NCBI RefSeq assembly: GCF_036321535.1 | Contig: NC_087452.1 | Span: forward strand, 4,340,001-4,404,000 | DNA from: Camelus dromedarius | Lineage: Eukaryota | Direction: 5' to 3' | Length of the DNA: 64,000 nt | Shown: positions 62,865 to 64,000 of the stretch, in pieces | Position numbering within the stretch: the stretch's first letter is position 1 | Layout of the letters: every line of letters starts with the position of its first letter | Made by a program: the position numbers and the translations under genes | The notes under the pieces: generated by a model | What the model saw: the letters and a program-made list of their open reading frames with translations, nothing else | What the model was told of the DNA's origin: nothing | Databases searched by the model: none

Positions 62865-63560
62865 AAAATTATTATTAAATAGCTTCACTGAAGTATAGTT
62901 TACAAAATCTAAAATTTAAGTTCCATACATGTTAAATGTACAATTCAATGGTTTTTAGTTCGTTGACAGGTTCTTTTCTTAAGTTTTATTGAGAAGTAAT
63001 CGATGTGCTGTAGTGTAAGTTTAAAGTGCACAGCATGCGACTTGATTTACGCGTACTGTGAAACAATGAGCACAGTAGGTTTAGTTAGCATCCATTATCT
63101 CATATAGATACAGTAAAGAGAAAATTTTTCTCCTTGTGATGAGAACGCTTTGGTTTTAGTCTCTTAGTAACTTTCTGTATGTCATAGGGCAGTGTTAACT
63201 ATAGCCATCATGCTGTATATTACATCTCTGGTTCTAAATTATTTCTTCTCCCATTTTTACTGAGGTGTAATTGACATACAGCACTGTGTAATTTTAAGGT
63301 GTACAGCATAATGATTTGACTGACATTCATCATGAAATGACTGTCCCAAGTTTAGTGAACATTCATTATCTCTAGTCCCAAATTATTTTATAACTGGAAA
63401 TACCTTTTGACCACCTTCCTTCAACTCCCCCTCCTCCCACCTCTCACCTCTGGAAACCACACATTGATAGGCTTAGCTCTTATATTTAGATCTGTGATCC
63501 AGTTGAAGTTAAATCTTGTGTGTGGTGTGAGGTGGGGCCAACCTGCTTTTGGTGGGGAAT
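62865..63560 (-). mobile_element. Cluster of nested L1 3'-end remnants upstream of the promoter
   Basis: Three successive restarts (CTTCACTGAAGTATAG, TTTATTGAGAAGTAAT, TTTACTGAGGTGTAATTGACATACAGCACTGTG) of L1MA/MB-type 3'UTR reverse complement. Confidence 0.7.
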
Positions 63561-63704
63561 ACCCATAATTCAACAATATTGACTAAAGAGTGCTCCACCA
63601 CAGTGAACTCGTTACTGTGCACCACTCTAGAGTTGATCTGAATACTTTTTTAAACTTCCTCCCAGATAAGAAAAAAAATTTGTGATTTAAAAAAGTGAAC
63701 TATA

Positions 63705-63815
63705 GGGGGAGGGTATAGCTTAGTGGTAGAGTGTGTACTTAAGAAGCATGAGGTCCTGGATTGAATCCGTCCATCCATCAGTCTAATTACCTCTCCCACA
63801 AAACACAAAACAATT
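63705..63815 (+). mobile_element. tRNA-Ala-derived camelid-type SINE (degenerate)
   Basis: GGGGGAGGGTATAGCTTAGTGGTAGAG...GAGGTCCTGGA head and CTAATTACCTC tail. Confidence 0.85.
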
Positions 63816-64000
63816 TTTAAAAGTCAGCGATAGTGAAGCCTATAAATGTAAGAAGGTAAGCAATATAAACAGAAATAGTATAAATCTGTTCTTTAAACTA
63901 CTGGTCTTGATCCATTAGTGGATTATAAAATCAATTTAGTGGGTCATAACTATTTTTTGTAAGTCAAATTATACAGAAGGAAACAAACTATAGAATGCAC

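Noticed and set aside
5815-63815. Six tRNA-Ala(AGC)-like sequences as tRNA genes
   Set aside because: Each has an altered 5' end, a shared non-tRNA tail, A-rich ends and in some cases TSDs. They are SINE copies.
1-64000. CRISPR arrays, prokaryotic or viral systems, endogenous retrovirus, processed pseudogenes
   Set aside because: No spaced direct-repeat arrays, long viral ORFs, paired LTRs or recognisable retrocopy were seen. The sequence is ordinary mammalian intron and promoter DNA.

Overview
Mammalian genomic DNA, most likely camelid (Camelus/Vicugna), judged from six tRNA-Ala-derived SINE copies and cetartiodactyl-type L1 3' ends. The window holds the 5' part of PPARG on the minus strand. 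It contains the P1 CpG-island promoter with non-coding exon A1 (~61475-61660), an alternative first exon ending at 60483, non-coding exon A2 (38609-38681), and the adipocyte PPARgamma2 promoter with exon B (coding part 6209-6290, MGETLGDSLIDPESDSFAGALSAHTSQ). The shared coding exons lie beyond the left edge. The rest is intron with L1, L2, MIR, MER5A and SINE remnants, a (TG)29(CG)7 tract and a 194-N gap. No other protein-coding gene could be recognised, and almost all ORF-track entries look like noise. The best leads cluster around exon B: a duplicate in-frame splice donor 51 nt downstream (+17 aa), a possible acceptor plus upstream cassette exon that would add 37 aa to the PPARgamma2 N-terminus, and a nested palindrome with two perfect CRE sites about 1.6 kb upstream. 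Elsewhere there is an antisense small ORF with a perfect Kozak context and signal-peptide-like segment, and a possible antisense TATA-driven transcript near P1. Comparisons with human PPARG are from memory and need an alignment to confirm. Repeat boundaries are approximate.
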